A stretch of DNA of 64,000 nt from an uncultured Bacilli bacterium (GTDB taxonomy: Bacteria > Bacillota_I > Bacilli_A > RF39 > UBA660), in the NCBI GenBank assembly GCA_947589515.1, contig CANQBE010000001.1, positions 3,800 to 67,799 of the forward strand, in the 5' to 3' direction. This document shows positions 1 through 9,299 of this stretch, one piece after another. The position numbers were made by a program, and so were the translations under genes. Position 1 is the stretch's first letter; every line of letters starts with the position of its first letter. A model generated the notes under the pieces. It worked only from the letters and a program-made list of their open reading frames with translations. It made no database searches and had not been told where the DNA came from.

Positions 1-10
1 AGAGAAGAAT

Positions 11-763
11 ATGAAATTAGAAAATAAAGTAGCTATTATTACTGGAAGTACTAGAGGAATTGGCAATGCCATTGCGAGACTATATTTACAAAATGGTGCT
101 AGAGTAGTTATCTGTGGTAGTACTGAAGAAAATGCTATTCGAGCAACACAAAAATTAAAAGAAAGTTTTTCTATTTTCGAAGAATATTTATTACCAGTTG
201 GTGTTGATATGAAGGATACAGAAAGTATTTGTAAGATGGTAGAAAAAGTAATCAGTACTTGGGGTCATATTGATATCTTAGTGAATAATGCAGGAATTAC
301 TTCCGAAAAATCCATATTAGATTCTACAGATGAAGATTTTTATGAAATGTTTGATGTCAATGTTTTGGGTCTTTTAAAAACTACTCGTGAAGTCGTAAAA
401 TATATGAAAGCTACAGGTGGTGTGATTATTAATACTAGTTCGATGGTAGGAATCAATGGTGGCAGAAATCAAGTTTCTTATGCTGCTAGTAAATTTGCTG
501 TCAATGGCATTACGAAATCTCTTGCTAAAGAACTTGGCAAATATCAAATACGTGTTAATGCTGTTGCCCCTGGTGTAGTGGGAACTGATATGATGAAGGA
601 ATCTGTTACCGAAGAAATGAAACAACGACTAATTCAAATGACACCATTAATGAAAATGGCACAACCGGAAGATATAGCAGGAGCATATCTTTATCTAGCA
701 AGTGATGATGCTAACTTTACAACAGGAACCATTATTCAGGTAGATGGTGGCTTAGTGATGTAG
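11..763 (+). CDS. Short-chain dehydrogenase/reductase, 3-oxoacyl-ACP reductase (FabG)-like
   Basis: 250-aa ORF with the Rossmann motif TGSTRGIG, NNAG, the catalytic Ser...YAASK and PG. A hairpin terminator follows. Confidence 0.85.
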   Translation: MKLENKVAIITGSTRGIGNAIARLYLQNGARVVICGSTEENAIRATQKLKESFSIFEEYLLPVGVDMKDTESICKMVEKVISTWGHIDILVNNAGITSEKSILDSTDEDFYEMFDVNVLGLLKTTREVVKYMKATGGVIINTSSMVGINGGRNQVSYAASKFAVNGITKSLAKELGKYQIRVNAVAPGVVGTDMMKESVTEEMKQRLIQMTPLMKMAQPEDIAGAYLYLASDDANFTTGTIIQVDGGLVM

Positions 764-785
764 AATACAGAAACTCATGAAATAT

Positions 786-808
786 TCCTTATTTGATAAG
801 GATTTTTT
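786..808 (+). terminator. Rho-independent terminator after the SDR gene
   Basis: Stem tccttat/ataagga with a 3-nt loop, followed by a T6 run. Confidence 0.6.
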
Positions 809-881
809 CATTTTTGTTATCTTTGGTTTTACATTTATTTTAGTTTATGTTATACTTTTAATAGAATAAGAGGGTGCAAAG

Positions 882-1412
882 ATGATTGAATTTTTTAGAG
901 ATGTATTAGATGGTCCTTTATATATAGGAACAACCATATTATCTATTATTTTGATAATGGCTATTATTGGCTTTTTAATGGAAAGAAAAAAATTGGAAAA
1001 ATTGGTAAAATCGAAAGTAGCCGTCGTTACCAATCAGCAAAAAGAAGTAGTGCCAATTCCACCAGTAACGATGGTTGGAACACCACAAGCTGTTCCTGTT
1101 GTTAATCAAACAGTAACTACTCAACAAACGATGCCAATCACTAATCAATCTGTAGTTACTCAGCAAACTGTTCCGATTACTAATCAATCCGTAGTTACTC
1201 AACAAACTGTTCCCGTAACCAATCAAACAATAGTGAATCCACAACCAGTTTCTCAAGTATCTGCCGTTACTTCACCTAATGTTTCCCAACCAAGTCCAGT
1301 TGCAAATCCAGAAGCAAGCATTGGTGTCGGAGGTACTGTTAATCAAAGTCAATCGTTAGAAGTAGCCAGTCCAGTAATTGTTTTTGAAGATCCAAATTTA
1401 AAAAAAGAATAG
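882..1412 (+). CDS. Membrane-anchored protein with Q/T/V/N-rich 13-aa tandem repeats
   Basis: RBS agagggtg upstream. One N-terminal TM helix (TTILSIILIMAIIGFLM), then repeats of the form PITNQSVVTQQTV. Confidence 0.6.
   Translation: MIEFFRDVLDGPLYIGTTILSIILIMAIIGFLMERKKLEKLVKSKVAVVTNQQKEVVPIPPVTMVGTPQAVPVVNQTVTTQQTMPITNQSVVTQQTVPITNQSVVTQQTVPVTNQTIVNPQPVSQVSAVTSPNVSQPSPVANPEASIGVGGTVNQSQSLEVASPVIVFEDPNLKKE
1092..1250 (+). repeat. About four tandem 39-bp (13-codon) repeats inside the CDS
   Basis: The units VPVVNQTVTTQQTM, PITNQSVVTQQTV, PITNQSVVTQQTV and PVTNQTIVNPQPV can be read directly. The two central copies are nearly identical at the DNA level. Confidence 0.8.
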
Positions 1413-1477
1413 ACATGGTATTTGCTTACTATGTCTTTATTTGCTATAATAAAAGAGTATGAAGGGAAGAATCAATT

Positions 1478-2302
1478 ATGACATTAGATAGTATCATTAC
1501 TATTATTAAAAAAATTATCGATATTTCGTTAGTTTGGTTAGCAATTTATTATATCTTAAAAAATATTAGAAATAATGTAAAATTAACTTTATTATTTAAA
1601 GGCGTTGCGATTATTTTAGTACTAAAAATCTTAAGCGATGTCTTTGGTCTTACAACAATTGGCTTATTGTTGGAATATGTAATTATGTGGGGACCACTAG
1701 CATTAATTATCATTTTTCAACCAGAAATACGTAATGTACTAGAACAAATTGGAAAAACGCAATTGTTAGGTAGACACAAAGTGTTAACCGTAGATGAAAG
1801 AGAACGATTAGTATATGAAATTGTGACAGCAGTTGAATATTTGAGAAAGGCTCGAATTGGTGCATTAATCGTTTTAGAAAGAGATATTAGCCTAGCTAAT
1901 TATATCGAAAAAGCAAAAAAAGTATATGCAGATTTATCTAGCGATTTATTAATCTCCATCTTTTTTCCAAATAATCCACTTCATGATGGTGGTGTAATTA
2001 TTCAAGGAAATCGAATTAGCTGTGCTGGTGCTGTATTTCCAACAAGCAATAGTTCTAAAGTAAGTAAGAAATTTGGTACTCGTCATAGAGCAGCTTTGGG
2101 AATTACTGAAGAAAGTGATGCTATTAGCGTAGTAGTATCCGAAGAAACAGGAAGAGTATCGATTGCTGTTAAAGGAGAATTATTCTATAATCTATCAATC
2201 GATGATGTCAGAATGATGTTAATTGATGAATTAAGACCAAAACAAGAAGAAGATTATTTAGATGAATTAGATGAGGAAGAGATATATGAAGAAGATCGGT
2301 AA
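1478..2302 (+). CDS. cdaA: Diadenylate cyclase CdaA (c-di-AMP synthase, DisA_N domain)
   Basis: N-terminal TM helices plus the motifs HDGGVII, GTRHRAALGITEESDA and VVSEETGRVSIA. Confidence 0.92.
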   Translation: MTLDSIITIIKKIIDISLVWLAIYYILKNIRNNVKLTLLFKGVAIILVLKILSDVFGLTTIGLLLEYVIMWGPLALIIIFQPEIRNVLEQIGKTQLLGRHKVLTVDERERLVYEIVTAVEYLRKARIGALIVLERDISLANYIEKAKKVYADLSSDLLISIFFPNNPLHDGGVIIQGNRISCAGAVFPTSNSSKVSKKFGTRHRAALGITEESDAISVVVSEETGRVSIAVKGELFYNLSIDDVRMMLIDELRPKQEEDYLDELDEEEIYEEDR

Positions 2303-3632
2303 AAAAATTATTCTGTTTTTTGATAAATGGTTAATTACACCAATTACCAAGTTTATCTTATTGATAACAGACTATATCAAAAATAATGGAAGAGAAATTG
2401 AAAAATTTATTAATAAAAAACAGACTTTAATTGTCTTATCCTTAATATTTGCTTTTACCATATTTTGGATTGTTGATCAAAATTCTGATACCATTTTGAA
2501 TAAGAGTGCAGAAGTATTATATAATCAACCGGTAGTCGCTGAATATAATGAAGAAGCTTATGTGATTGAGGGACTTCCTACTAGTGTAGATGTTACTTTA
2601 ATAGGAAGAACTTCCGATTTATATTTAGCAAGACAGTATACTTCCAATTTAAGCATTTCTGCAGATTTAAGAGGATTAACACCAGGTAGTCATAAAGTAA
2701 CTTTAAATTATACGCAAGGATTAAAAACTTTAAAAAGTATTGATTATAAGATAGATCCTTCTACTGCAAATATTGTGGTATATGAGAAAGTATCTGAAAC
2801 TAGAGAATTAGATTATGATGTTTTACATAAAGATAATCTAGATAGTACTTTAATTTTAGATAGTGTAGATTTAAGTAGAAATGATATTATTATTAAGGGT
2901 GCAAGTTATAAGCTTAAACAAGTTGCTAATGTGAAAGCACTAGTAGATATTGATGATATTAGTAATCCTAAAGTAGGTAATTTTACATTGGAAAAAGTAC
3001 CATTAATTGCTTATGATGAAGATGGAAAACCAGTCGATGTAGAAATTGTGCCAGAAAGTATTAATGCACAAATTAAAATATCATCTCCAAGTAAAGAAGT
3101 AGCCCTTCAAGTAGTACCAACAGGAGAAATTGCTTTTGGAAAATCTATTAAAGAATTTACCACTTCTATTACCAAAGTAACAATTTATGGTGAAGAAAGT
3201 GTTATTAGTGCTATCGAATCTATTCCTGTTACTATAGATGTTAGTAATTTATCAAGTGATAAAACTTTTAATATTAATATTGAAAAACCATCTGGTGTTC
3301 GTGCTATTAGTAATAAAACCGTTTCTGTAAAAGTGACGTTGGATGATGTCATTACGAGAGAAATCACAGATCTTCCAATTTCGATTATTAATTTGAATTC
3401 TAATTATAAAGCATATGCTGTATCTGAAAGTGATAGTAAAGTAACAGTAGTTGTGCGTGGAAGTAGTGATGTTGTGAATAATGTTGATCCAAATACTATT
3501 AGTGCAATTGTCGATTTAAATGGCTATGGACCAAATGAATATGAAGTCGAAGTTCAAGTAAAGGGTAGTGATTTACGACTTAAATATGAATCTAAAACGA
3601 AAAAAATTAAAATTAAAATAGAGGCAAAATAG
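2286..3632 (+). CDS. cdaR: CdaA regulatory protein CdaR (YbbR-domain repeat protein)
   Basis: Overlaps the cdaA stop codon, which suggests translational coupling. The RBS gaggaag precedes the ATG at 2286. N-terminal TM helix and a long beta-rich repetitive ectodomain. The call rests mainly on conserved cdaA-cdaR synteny. Confidence 0.7.
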   Translation: MKKIGKKIILFFDKWLITPITKFILLITDYIKNNGREIEKFINKKQTLIVLSLIFAFTIFWIVDQNSDTILNKSAEVLYNQPVVAEYNEEAYVIEGLPTSVDVTLIGRTSDLYLARQYTSNLSISADLRGLTPGSHKVTLNYTQGLKTLKSIDYKIDPSTANIVVYEKVSETRELDYDVLHKDNLDSTLILDSVDLSRNDIIIKGASYKLKQVANVKALVDIDDISNPKVGNFTLEKVPLIAYDEDGKPVDVEIVPESINAQIKISSPSKEVALQVVPTGEIAFGKSIKEFTTSITKVTIYGEESVISAIESIPVTIDVSNLSSDKTFNINIEKPSGVRAISNKTVSVKVTLDDVITREITDLPISIINLNSNYKAYAVSESDSKVTVVVRGSSDVVNNVDPNTISAIVDLNGYGPNEYEVEVQVKGSDLRLKYESKTKKIKIKIEAK

Positions 3633-3641
3633 CATAAGAAA

Positions 3642-3668
3642 AGTACTGAGCTCAGTACTTTTTTTTTA
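3642..3668. terminator. Bidirectional terminator between cdaR and the convergent DUF378 gene
   Basis: Perfect palindrome agtactgag/ctcagtact, flanked by an A-run on one side and a T9 run on the other. Confidence 0.75.
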
Positions 3669-3860
3669 TTCGTAGTTATTAAATAATAGGCTGATGTCAA
3701 TAATACCAGAAATACCTACAAGAACATATACAATTTTTGTGATAACGTTATCTGTTCCAAATAGCGTTTCAACTAAGTTAAAATCAAATAGTCCAATAAG
3801 TCCCCAATTGATTGCACCTATTATAATAAGAGCTAGTGCTACTTTTTGTAATGTTTGCAT
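3666..3860 (-). CDS. DUF378-family small membrane protein
   Basis: 64 aa. RBS aaggagg upstream of the ATG at 3860. Two TM helices with the INWGLIGLF motif typical of DUF378. Confidence 0.7.
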   Translation of the reverse strand: MQTLQKVALALIIIGAINWGLIGLFDFNLVETLFGTDNVITKIVYVLVGISGIIDISLLFNNYE

Positions 3861-3971
3861 AAAATCCTCCTTTTCATATTTCAGTATTATGATAATCATT
3901 TTTTTCCAAAATATTCATGAATAATGTATTTTTTTCATTCATAGTATTAATTGAAGAAAAGAGGAGTGAAA

Positions 3972-5000
3972 ATGAAAAAAATTTTTTTAGTGTTGTTGCT
4001 GGTATGTTGTTGTTTTATTACAGGTTGTTTTGGGAATAATAATAATGATGTATTGAAAGATATTCAAAAAAAATATGATAATTTAAAAGCTTATCAATTA
4101 ACAGGTGATTTGGAAATTGTAAACAATGATGATGTTTATAATTATGATGTCAAAGTAGTTTATCAGAAAAAAGATAAATATTATGTTAGTTTAAAAAATA
4201 GAGCGAATAATCATGAACAAATTATTTTAAAAAATGAAGATGGCGTTTATGTTTTAACACCATCATTAAATAAAAGTTTTAAATTTCAAAGTGATTGGCC
4301 ATATAATAATTCTCAGGTATATTTAATTCAATCCATTCTAGATGATATCGCAAAAGATGAGAAACGCAATTTCATAGAAAATGAAAATAGTTATATTTAT
4401 ACAACCGATGTTAACTATCCAAATAATCGTAGACTAGTAAAACAAATGGTAACCTTTGATAAAAAATTTAATTTAAAAAAAGTTAGCGTGATGGATGAAA
4501 ATGAAGTTAGCCAAATGACTATGAATTTTGCTACAATCGATTTAAATCCAGAAATTAGTAGCGATACCTTTGATTTAAATAAGATTATGGGAGATAGTCA
4601 AAATCAAGAAGAAAATAAACCAGAAAGTAATTCTGAAAATGGTACAACAACTACTAGTTCTTTAGAAGATGTTGTCTATCCATTATATATTCCAAGTGGT
4701 ACCGTATTAACTTCTGAAGAAAAGGTAAATAAAACCGATGGTGAAAGAGTTATTATGACATTTGAAGGAGAAAAACCATTCCTATTAGTAGAAGAAACAG
4801 CAAGTGTAGAAGAAGAATTTTCAATTATTCCTACTTATGGAGAACCTTATTTATTAATTGATACCGTAGGTGCACTAACAGATAGTTCTATTACTTGGAG
4901 TAGTAATGGTGTTGAATATTACTTAGTTTCTGATGTTATGAGTCAGGATGAATTACTAGATATTGCACGAAGCGTAAATGTAATTCCAACGATGAAGTAG
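3972..5000 (+). CDS. Putative lipoprotein, function unknown
   Basis: RBS gaggag. Signal peptide ends in the lipobox ITGC. A Ser/Thr/Asn-rich linker sits mid-protein. Confidence 0.65.
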   Translation: MKKIFLVLLLVCCCFITGCFGNNNNDVLKDIQKKYDNLKAYQLTGDLEIVNNDDVYNYDVKVVYQKKDKYYVSLKNRANNHEQIILKNEDGVYVLTPSLNKSFKFQSDWPYNNSQVYLIQSILDDIAKDEKRNFIENENSYIYTTDVNYPNNRRLVKQMVTFDKKFNLKKVSVMDENEVSQMTMNFATIDLNPEISSDTFDLNKIMGDSQNQEENKPESNSENGTTTTSSLEDVVYPLYIPSGTVLTSEEKVNKTDGERVIMTFEGEKPFLLVEETASVEEEFSIIPTYGEPYLLIDTVGALTDSSITWSSNGVEYYLVSDVMSQDELLDIARSVNVIPTMK

Positions 5001-5009
5001 AAAATCTAA

Positions 5010-5052
5010 AAGCAAGGTTAGGATGAATTACCTATTAACCTTGCTTTTTATT
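5010..5052 (+). terminator. Rho-independent terminator
   Basis: Stem aagcaaggtta/taaccttgctt followed by a T-run. Confidence 0.7.
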
Positions 5053-5152
5053 TAAGTAGTGGGTGTTAAAAAATAATTGATTTTTCAAAAAAATGTGATA
5101 TGATATGAGGTACTTAGTTGAAAACTACACTGAGCGAAAAAATGGAGAAAAT

Positions 5153-6979
5153 ATGAAAAAAATAAGTGTTATGAATCAAGAAACAAATCATTATCAAATA
5201 ATGACAGTAATCGAAAATATTGCTTATATCAAATTAGTAACTGGTAAGACTGGACTATTCAATGTAAAAACAAATAAGATCATTGGTAATGTAGATTACT
5301 ATGATATTATTGATGATGTAGATGCCAAATTTTATTATCAAATAAAAGAATTATTAGACGAAAATAAAAAAACGATAACAATTTATGATGCTTTAAATGA
5401 AAAAATCATAGTGGATGATTGGGAAGTGGTTAAACAATTTAATCGTGATTATCCTCTTATAGCCATCAAATCACCTAGAGATGGTAAAATTCATTTATTT
5501 GATCATTATGCATATAGACAATCAAATAATATCTTTGATATGCCTTTAGATGATGTAGAATTCTTTGGAAAAGATTGTAATGATACCTATTTCGTACTTA
5601 CGAAAGATGATAAGAAAGGCATTTATCATTATAATTCATATGATGAAATACATAGTTTGATTATACCTATAGAGTTTGATTGTATTGAAAACTTTTCTCA
5701 TATAGCTATTTTGACCAAAGATCATAAACAATATTTTGCCTGCGATGATCAACATACCAATTTAAGTTTAAGTGAACCGTTTGATCAGATTACCATTGAT
5801 GAGGAAAATCAAAAATTCTTATATTGTAAAAAAGGGAATGTCATCGATGTTTATAATACTAAAATATTTATTCGTCCAGTGCACCAATTACTATTATCAA
5901 TAGATGCAGATGAAATCAAAAAAATATATAGTGAAGAAAGTCAACCTGGTAACTTTGATTATCAAAAATATATATTTAAAATCGTAAAAAATAACAAAGT
6001 GGGAATTATTGGTTATGAAAAAACGTATTATGATACAGATGGAATCTTATTTATTTCGTTATCACCTACCTATGATGACACCGAGATGGAAAGTGGTGCT
6101 TTTTATTTAAAAAGAAAAGATAAGATTGGCCTTTTTGTTGGTAATCAGCAATGTCATCAATTGATAAAACCTAAATATCAGATGATTCAGCATATACTAT
6201 ATCAATATTTTGCGTTATGCCATGATGGACTTTGGGATATTGGGGAAATTTCTCCATTTCAATCATTTACACCCAGTATCTCTAACTGCGAACTGGTAGA
6301 ATTATGGGAAATGGGGTTACTATACAAAAAAAATAATCAATATGGTTTAGTATTATCTAAGACGTATGATGATGTTACTATAGTTCCAGCCGAGTACGAT
6401 AGAATTAAGAATGTGGAAGGATGTTATTTTATACTTGAACAAAATAATAAAAAAGGATTCAGACACTTAGGAAACGACCTTTTACCAGTTGAATATAATG
6501 AAATTAAGATGAGTGGATTAGGTTATAGACAAAGTTCAAGAAGGAGAGATATCCTTTATCTTGCTTTACGAAAGGGCAAAGAATATCAATTAGCAAAAAT
6601 GAAGAATTGGGAATATACAGAAACCAATATCGAATTGGTCAGCAATCAGACTTTTGATATGATTGATTTCTTTGATCAAATCATGATATTAAAAGATAAA
6701 AGATATACCTATATTTATGATTACCAAGAACAATTATTACAAAAATTACCAAGAAATGCTTCTATAACGATTTATGAAAATCTTGATCAATTTGATTGCG
6801 AAGATGATCTGTATTTGATTGATGGTGTTTACTATAACTATATAGATGGCAAACTTATAAAAAACATAACTATCAATGAAACGAACGACAATTTAATGGA
6901 AATAAGTTCCGATGATTCGAATGTGCAGGAAAGTTATCCTACTTTAGTTTTAGAAAAAAGTAAAAAGAGTAGAAAATAA
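5153..6979 (+). CDS. Large cytoplasmic hypothetical protein with WG/KWG-like beta-repeat signatures
   Basis: RBS ggagaa precedes the ATG at 5153. Recurrent segments of the type KKGIYHYN, KVGIIGYE, KIGLFVGN, QYGLVLSK and KKGFRHLG. No signal peptide. Confidence 0.55.
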   Translation: MKKISVMNQETNHYQIMTVIENIAYIKLVTGKTGLFNVKTNKIIGNVDYYDIIDDVDAKFYYQIKELLDENKKTITIYDALNEKIIVDDWEVVKQFNRDYPLIAIKSPRDGKIHLFDHYAYRQSNNIFDMPLDDVEFFGKDCNDTYFVLTKDDKKGIYHYNSYDEIHSLIIPIEFDCIENFSHIAILTKDHKQYFACDDQHTNLSLSEPFDQITIDEENQKFLYCKKGNVIDVYNTKIFIRPVHQLLLSIDADEIKKIYSEESQPGNFDYQKYIFKIVKNNKVGIIGYEKTYYDTDGILFISLSPTYDDTEMESGAFYLKRKDKIGLFVGNQQCHQLIKPKYQMIQHILYQYFALCHDGLWDIGEISPFQSFTPSISNCELVELWEMGLLYKKNNQYGLVLSKTYDDVTIVPAEYDRIKNVEGCYFILEQNNKKGFRHLGNDLLPVEYNEIKMSGLGYRQSSRRRDILYLALRKGKEYQLAKMKNWEYTETNIELVSNQTFDMIDFFDQIMILKDKRYTYIYDYQEQLLQKLPRNASITIYENLDQFDCEDDLYLIDGVYYNYIDGKLIKNITINETNDNLMEISSDDSNVQESYPTLVLEKSKKSRK

Positions 6980-7000
6980 TCAATAAACCAGTTTCACAAA

Positions 7001-7015
7001 GTGATGGAAAAAGGA
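7001..7015. repeat. Left copy of the 15-bp direct repeat flanking the IS element
   Basis: gtgatggaaaaagga, identical to 8338-8352. Confidence 0.85.
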
Positions 7016-8337
7016 GCCAAATTTCAAGTAGAAACCGGAATTTTTGATAAAAAAGTGTAAAGTAATGCTATAATTTGGTTGATTATATTTGAGTTAGCTT
7101 GGCTAACTCAAGATTGAATAATTCAAGGGAAGATTTATAATTAAGAATCTTCCTTATTTTTGTGTTTATAAGCTCATTAGCGTTCATTACATATTCATCA
7201 GTATAATCGTTAATGTTACATCCTTTTGGAAGAAATAATCTTAGTAGTTTATTACCATTTTCATTAGATCCTCTTTCATAAGAAGAATAAGGATGAGCAA
7301 AATAACACTTTGTTTTAAGATATTTTTCAATATCTTTCCATTTAGAAAATTCAACACCATTATCAAATGTAATAGATTTAAATATATCACTCAGTTTATA
7401 ATCTTTTAATTCAGGATATTTGTTTTTAATTTTTTTAACCGCCTTATAGATAGTTAATGATTTTCTATCATTACATTTAATAGTTATTTGAAATCTTGTT
7501 TTTCTTTCAACTAGAGTAAAGACTGCACCACTGTTTGGAATAGTTCTACTACCTACAATAGTGTCTCCTTCCCAATTACCAAATTCATCTCTATCATTAG
7601 GTTGAAAAGGTCTTTTTTCAATACTTGTACCTTTAGGTTCTGTCTTACCTTCTTTTCTTTCATTTTTGGATTTTCTGTTGCATTTCATTGGAAGTTCATG
7701 TTTATCAAATCCTTCAATTTTACCATCTTCTACATAATTGTAGAAAGTAGCAGTACATATTGTAGTCATATTTTCAATTTCATCAGTTCTATTGAGTTTA
7801 AAATCATTAATTATCTCATCTATTGAATTGATATTATAATCACTTCTAAATTCTTTAATAACTAATTGAATAAAGTCTTTTGCAGATTTTCTTTTAGAGG
7901 CATTACTTTCAACTGATTTTTTAGTTCTTTTATTCCATGCAGTATTAGCATTAAATTCTATTCTTTCTCTATATTCATAATCTCTGACAGTAATTAAACC
8001 ATCTTTAATTATTTCATATAAGTTTGATAAGGTTGTACCAATTGAACTAGCAAGTTGTTTCATAAATATAGTTTTCTTAGAATCTACTTCTTTAGCAGCA
8101 ATCCAATGATTATATTCGGATTCAATTTTTTCATACATTTCTTTGGTTAAGTGTTTATTTTTTTCTTTCTTTTTAGTACAATATACATTGTTCAAGTTAA
8201 TCACTTCTTTCTATAATTAATTTTTTAACCAATTATAATTATAGCTGATTACTTGAACTTTTTATATGTAAAATTCTAAGTAAACTTCATCTGTAAACCT
8301 CCTTTAAAAATAATTCCAGTTTTATTTTAGAATAGAG
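7016..8337 (-). mobile_element. IS30-family insertion sequence, approximate ends
   Basis: Single intact DDE transposase ORF. Imperfect subterminal inverted repeats: agaaaccggaattttt on the left against the reverse complement of aaaaataattccagtttta on the right. Bounded by the 15-bp direct repeat. Confidence 0.8.
7083..8204 (-). CDS. IS30-family DDE transposase
   Basis: 373 aa with an N-terminal HTH region. DDE triad context GNWEGDTIVG ... ITFDNGVEFS ... YERGSNENGNKLLR. GTG start. Confidence 0.9.
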   Translation of the reverse strand: MINLNNVYCTKKKEKNKHLTKEMYEKIESEYNHWIAAKEVDSKKTIFMKQLASSIGTTLSNLYEIIKDGLITVRDYEYRERIEFNANTAWNKRTKKSVESNASKRKSAKDFIQLVIKEFRSDYNINSIDEIINDFKLNRTDEIENMTTICTATFYNYVEDGKIEGFDKHELPMKCNRKSKNERKEGKTEPKGTSIEKRPFQPNDRDEFGNWEGDTIVGSRTIPNSGAVFTLVERKTRFQITIKCNDRKSLTIYKAVKKIKNKYPELKDYKLSDIFKSITFDNGVEFSKWKDIEKYLKTKCYFAHPYSSYERGSNENGNKLLRLFLPKGCNINDYTDEYVMNANELINTKIRKILNYKSSLELFNLELAKLTQI

Positions 8338-8352
8338 GTGATGGAAAAAGGA
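8338..8352. repeat. Right copy of the 15-bp direct repeat flanking the IS element
   Basis: gtgatggaaaaagga, identical to 7001-7015. Confidence 0.85.
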
Positions 8353-8410
8353 TTTCTTTTTCCTTTTCATTTTGAAAAGAACATGCTATAATAAATTCGT
8401 GGTGATAAAC

Positions 8411-8935
8411 ATGAAGAAAAAACAAAACAAATCTTATCAAATTCATACAACGAGTGATATGGAATACTCAAAGCTAATCAAGATTGCACTTGGTGTTCTC
8501 TTAGTATTAGGATTAACCTATTTTGTAACCGCTATTGCAACAGGAGAAATTAAATTTGGAAATAAGGATCAAGAAGAAAAAGCAGAAACTGTTATTCAAT
8601 ATGATGAAATATTAGCAGGAGAGATTTTTAATCGTAGTCAAGAAGAGTATTATGTTTTATTATTTAACTTTACAGATACTTTTGCTAGTTATTATTTATC
8701 ATTAAAAGATACTTATACAGAACAGGAAAATGCTTTACCTATCTATATTGTAGATTTGGAAAAACATCCTAATAAGGAATATGCAGTAGAAGAAGGGGAA
8801 GATTATGCAGAATATCCAGATACTATCGATGATTTAAAAGCAAGTAATCCAACTTTAATCAAAATTCGCAATCATAAAGTTACAGAAAGAATTAGCGGTA
8901 GAGATCGTATTTTAGAATTCTTTAATCAAGAATAA
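8411..8935 (+). CDS. Membrane-anchored hypothetical protein
   Basis: RBS ggtgat precedes the ATG at 8411. One N-terminal TM helix, then an acidic soluble domain. A hairpin follows at 8937-8972. Confidence 0.5.
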   Translation: MKKKQNKSYQIHTTSDMEYSKLIKIALGVLLVLGLTYFVTAIATGEIKFGNKDQEEKAETVIQYDEILAGEIFNRSQEEYYVLLFNFTDTFASYYLSLKDTYTEQENALPIYIVDLEKHPNKEYAVEEGEDYAEYPDTIDDLKASNPTLIKIRNHKVTERISGRDRILEFFNQE

Positions 8936-9017
8936 TATTTAGACTACTGCTTTTGATAACAGTAGTCTAAATATCTATAAAAAAGGCAAAAAAGAGTAAA
9001 AATTCTAAAAATTTTAT

Positions 9018-9046
9018 CGCAAAGTACTTGCCAAGAGAATAAAAAT
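9018..9046 (+). promoter_or_regulatory. Sigma-A-type promoter for tRNA-Ile
   Basis: ttgcca, 17-nt spacer, tagaat, about 30 nt upstream of the tRNA. Confidence 0.45.
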
Positions 9047-9077
9047 ATAGTAGAATGAAAATGTTCATTGATTAAAT

Positions 9078-9154
<77 letters not shown>

Positions 9155-9166
9155 TTTATGATATGC

Positions 9167-9199
9167 ACTTGTCTTACATGACAAGTTTTTTTTTTTTTT
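9167..9199 (+). terminator. Rho-independent terminator after tRNA-Ile
   Basis: Stem acttgtc/gacaagt followed by a T-run of about 14 nt. Confidence 0.85.
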
Positions 9200-9299
9200 G
9201 TCCTTTTATAATTGAAAGAAATTTCTAGCATAAGTAATCAAAAAATATTATAATAAAAAAAACGAATGAAATAGAACTTTGATCGAAAGGAGAATACAT

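Noticed and set aside
374-625. Antisense and alternate-frame ORFs listed in the track: 374-625(-), 845-1033(-), 975-1256(-), 3185-3367(-), 3694-3924(+), 7602-7826(+), 15402-15638(-), 16457-16918(-), 22875-23078(-), 23329-23682(-), 26373-26564(-), 26849-27067(-), 28167-28400(-), 28216-28467(+), 33458-33718(-), 34865-35059(-), 38882-39067(-), 40353-40556(+), 41043-41225(+), 41780-41977(+), 43145-43420(-), 52057-52275(-), 52623-52805(-), 54753-55013(-), 61270-61518(-), 62477-62722(-), 63134-63364(-).
   Set aside because: Each lies inside or opposite a well-supported gene, lacks an RBS, and has the low-complexity composition expected of shadow ORFs in AT-rich DNA.
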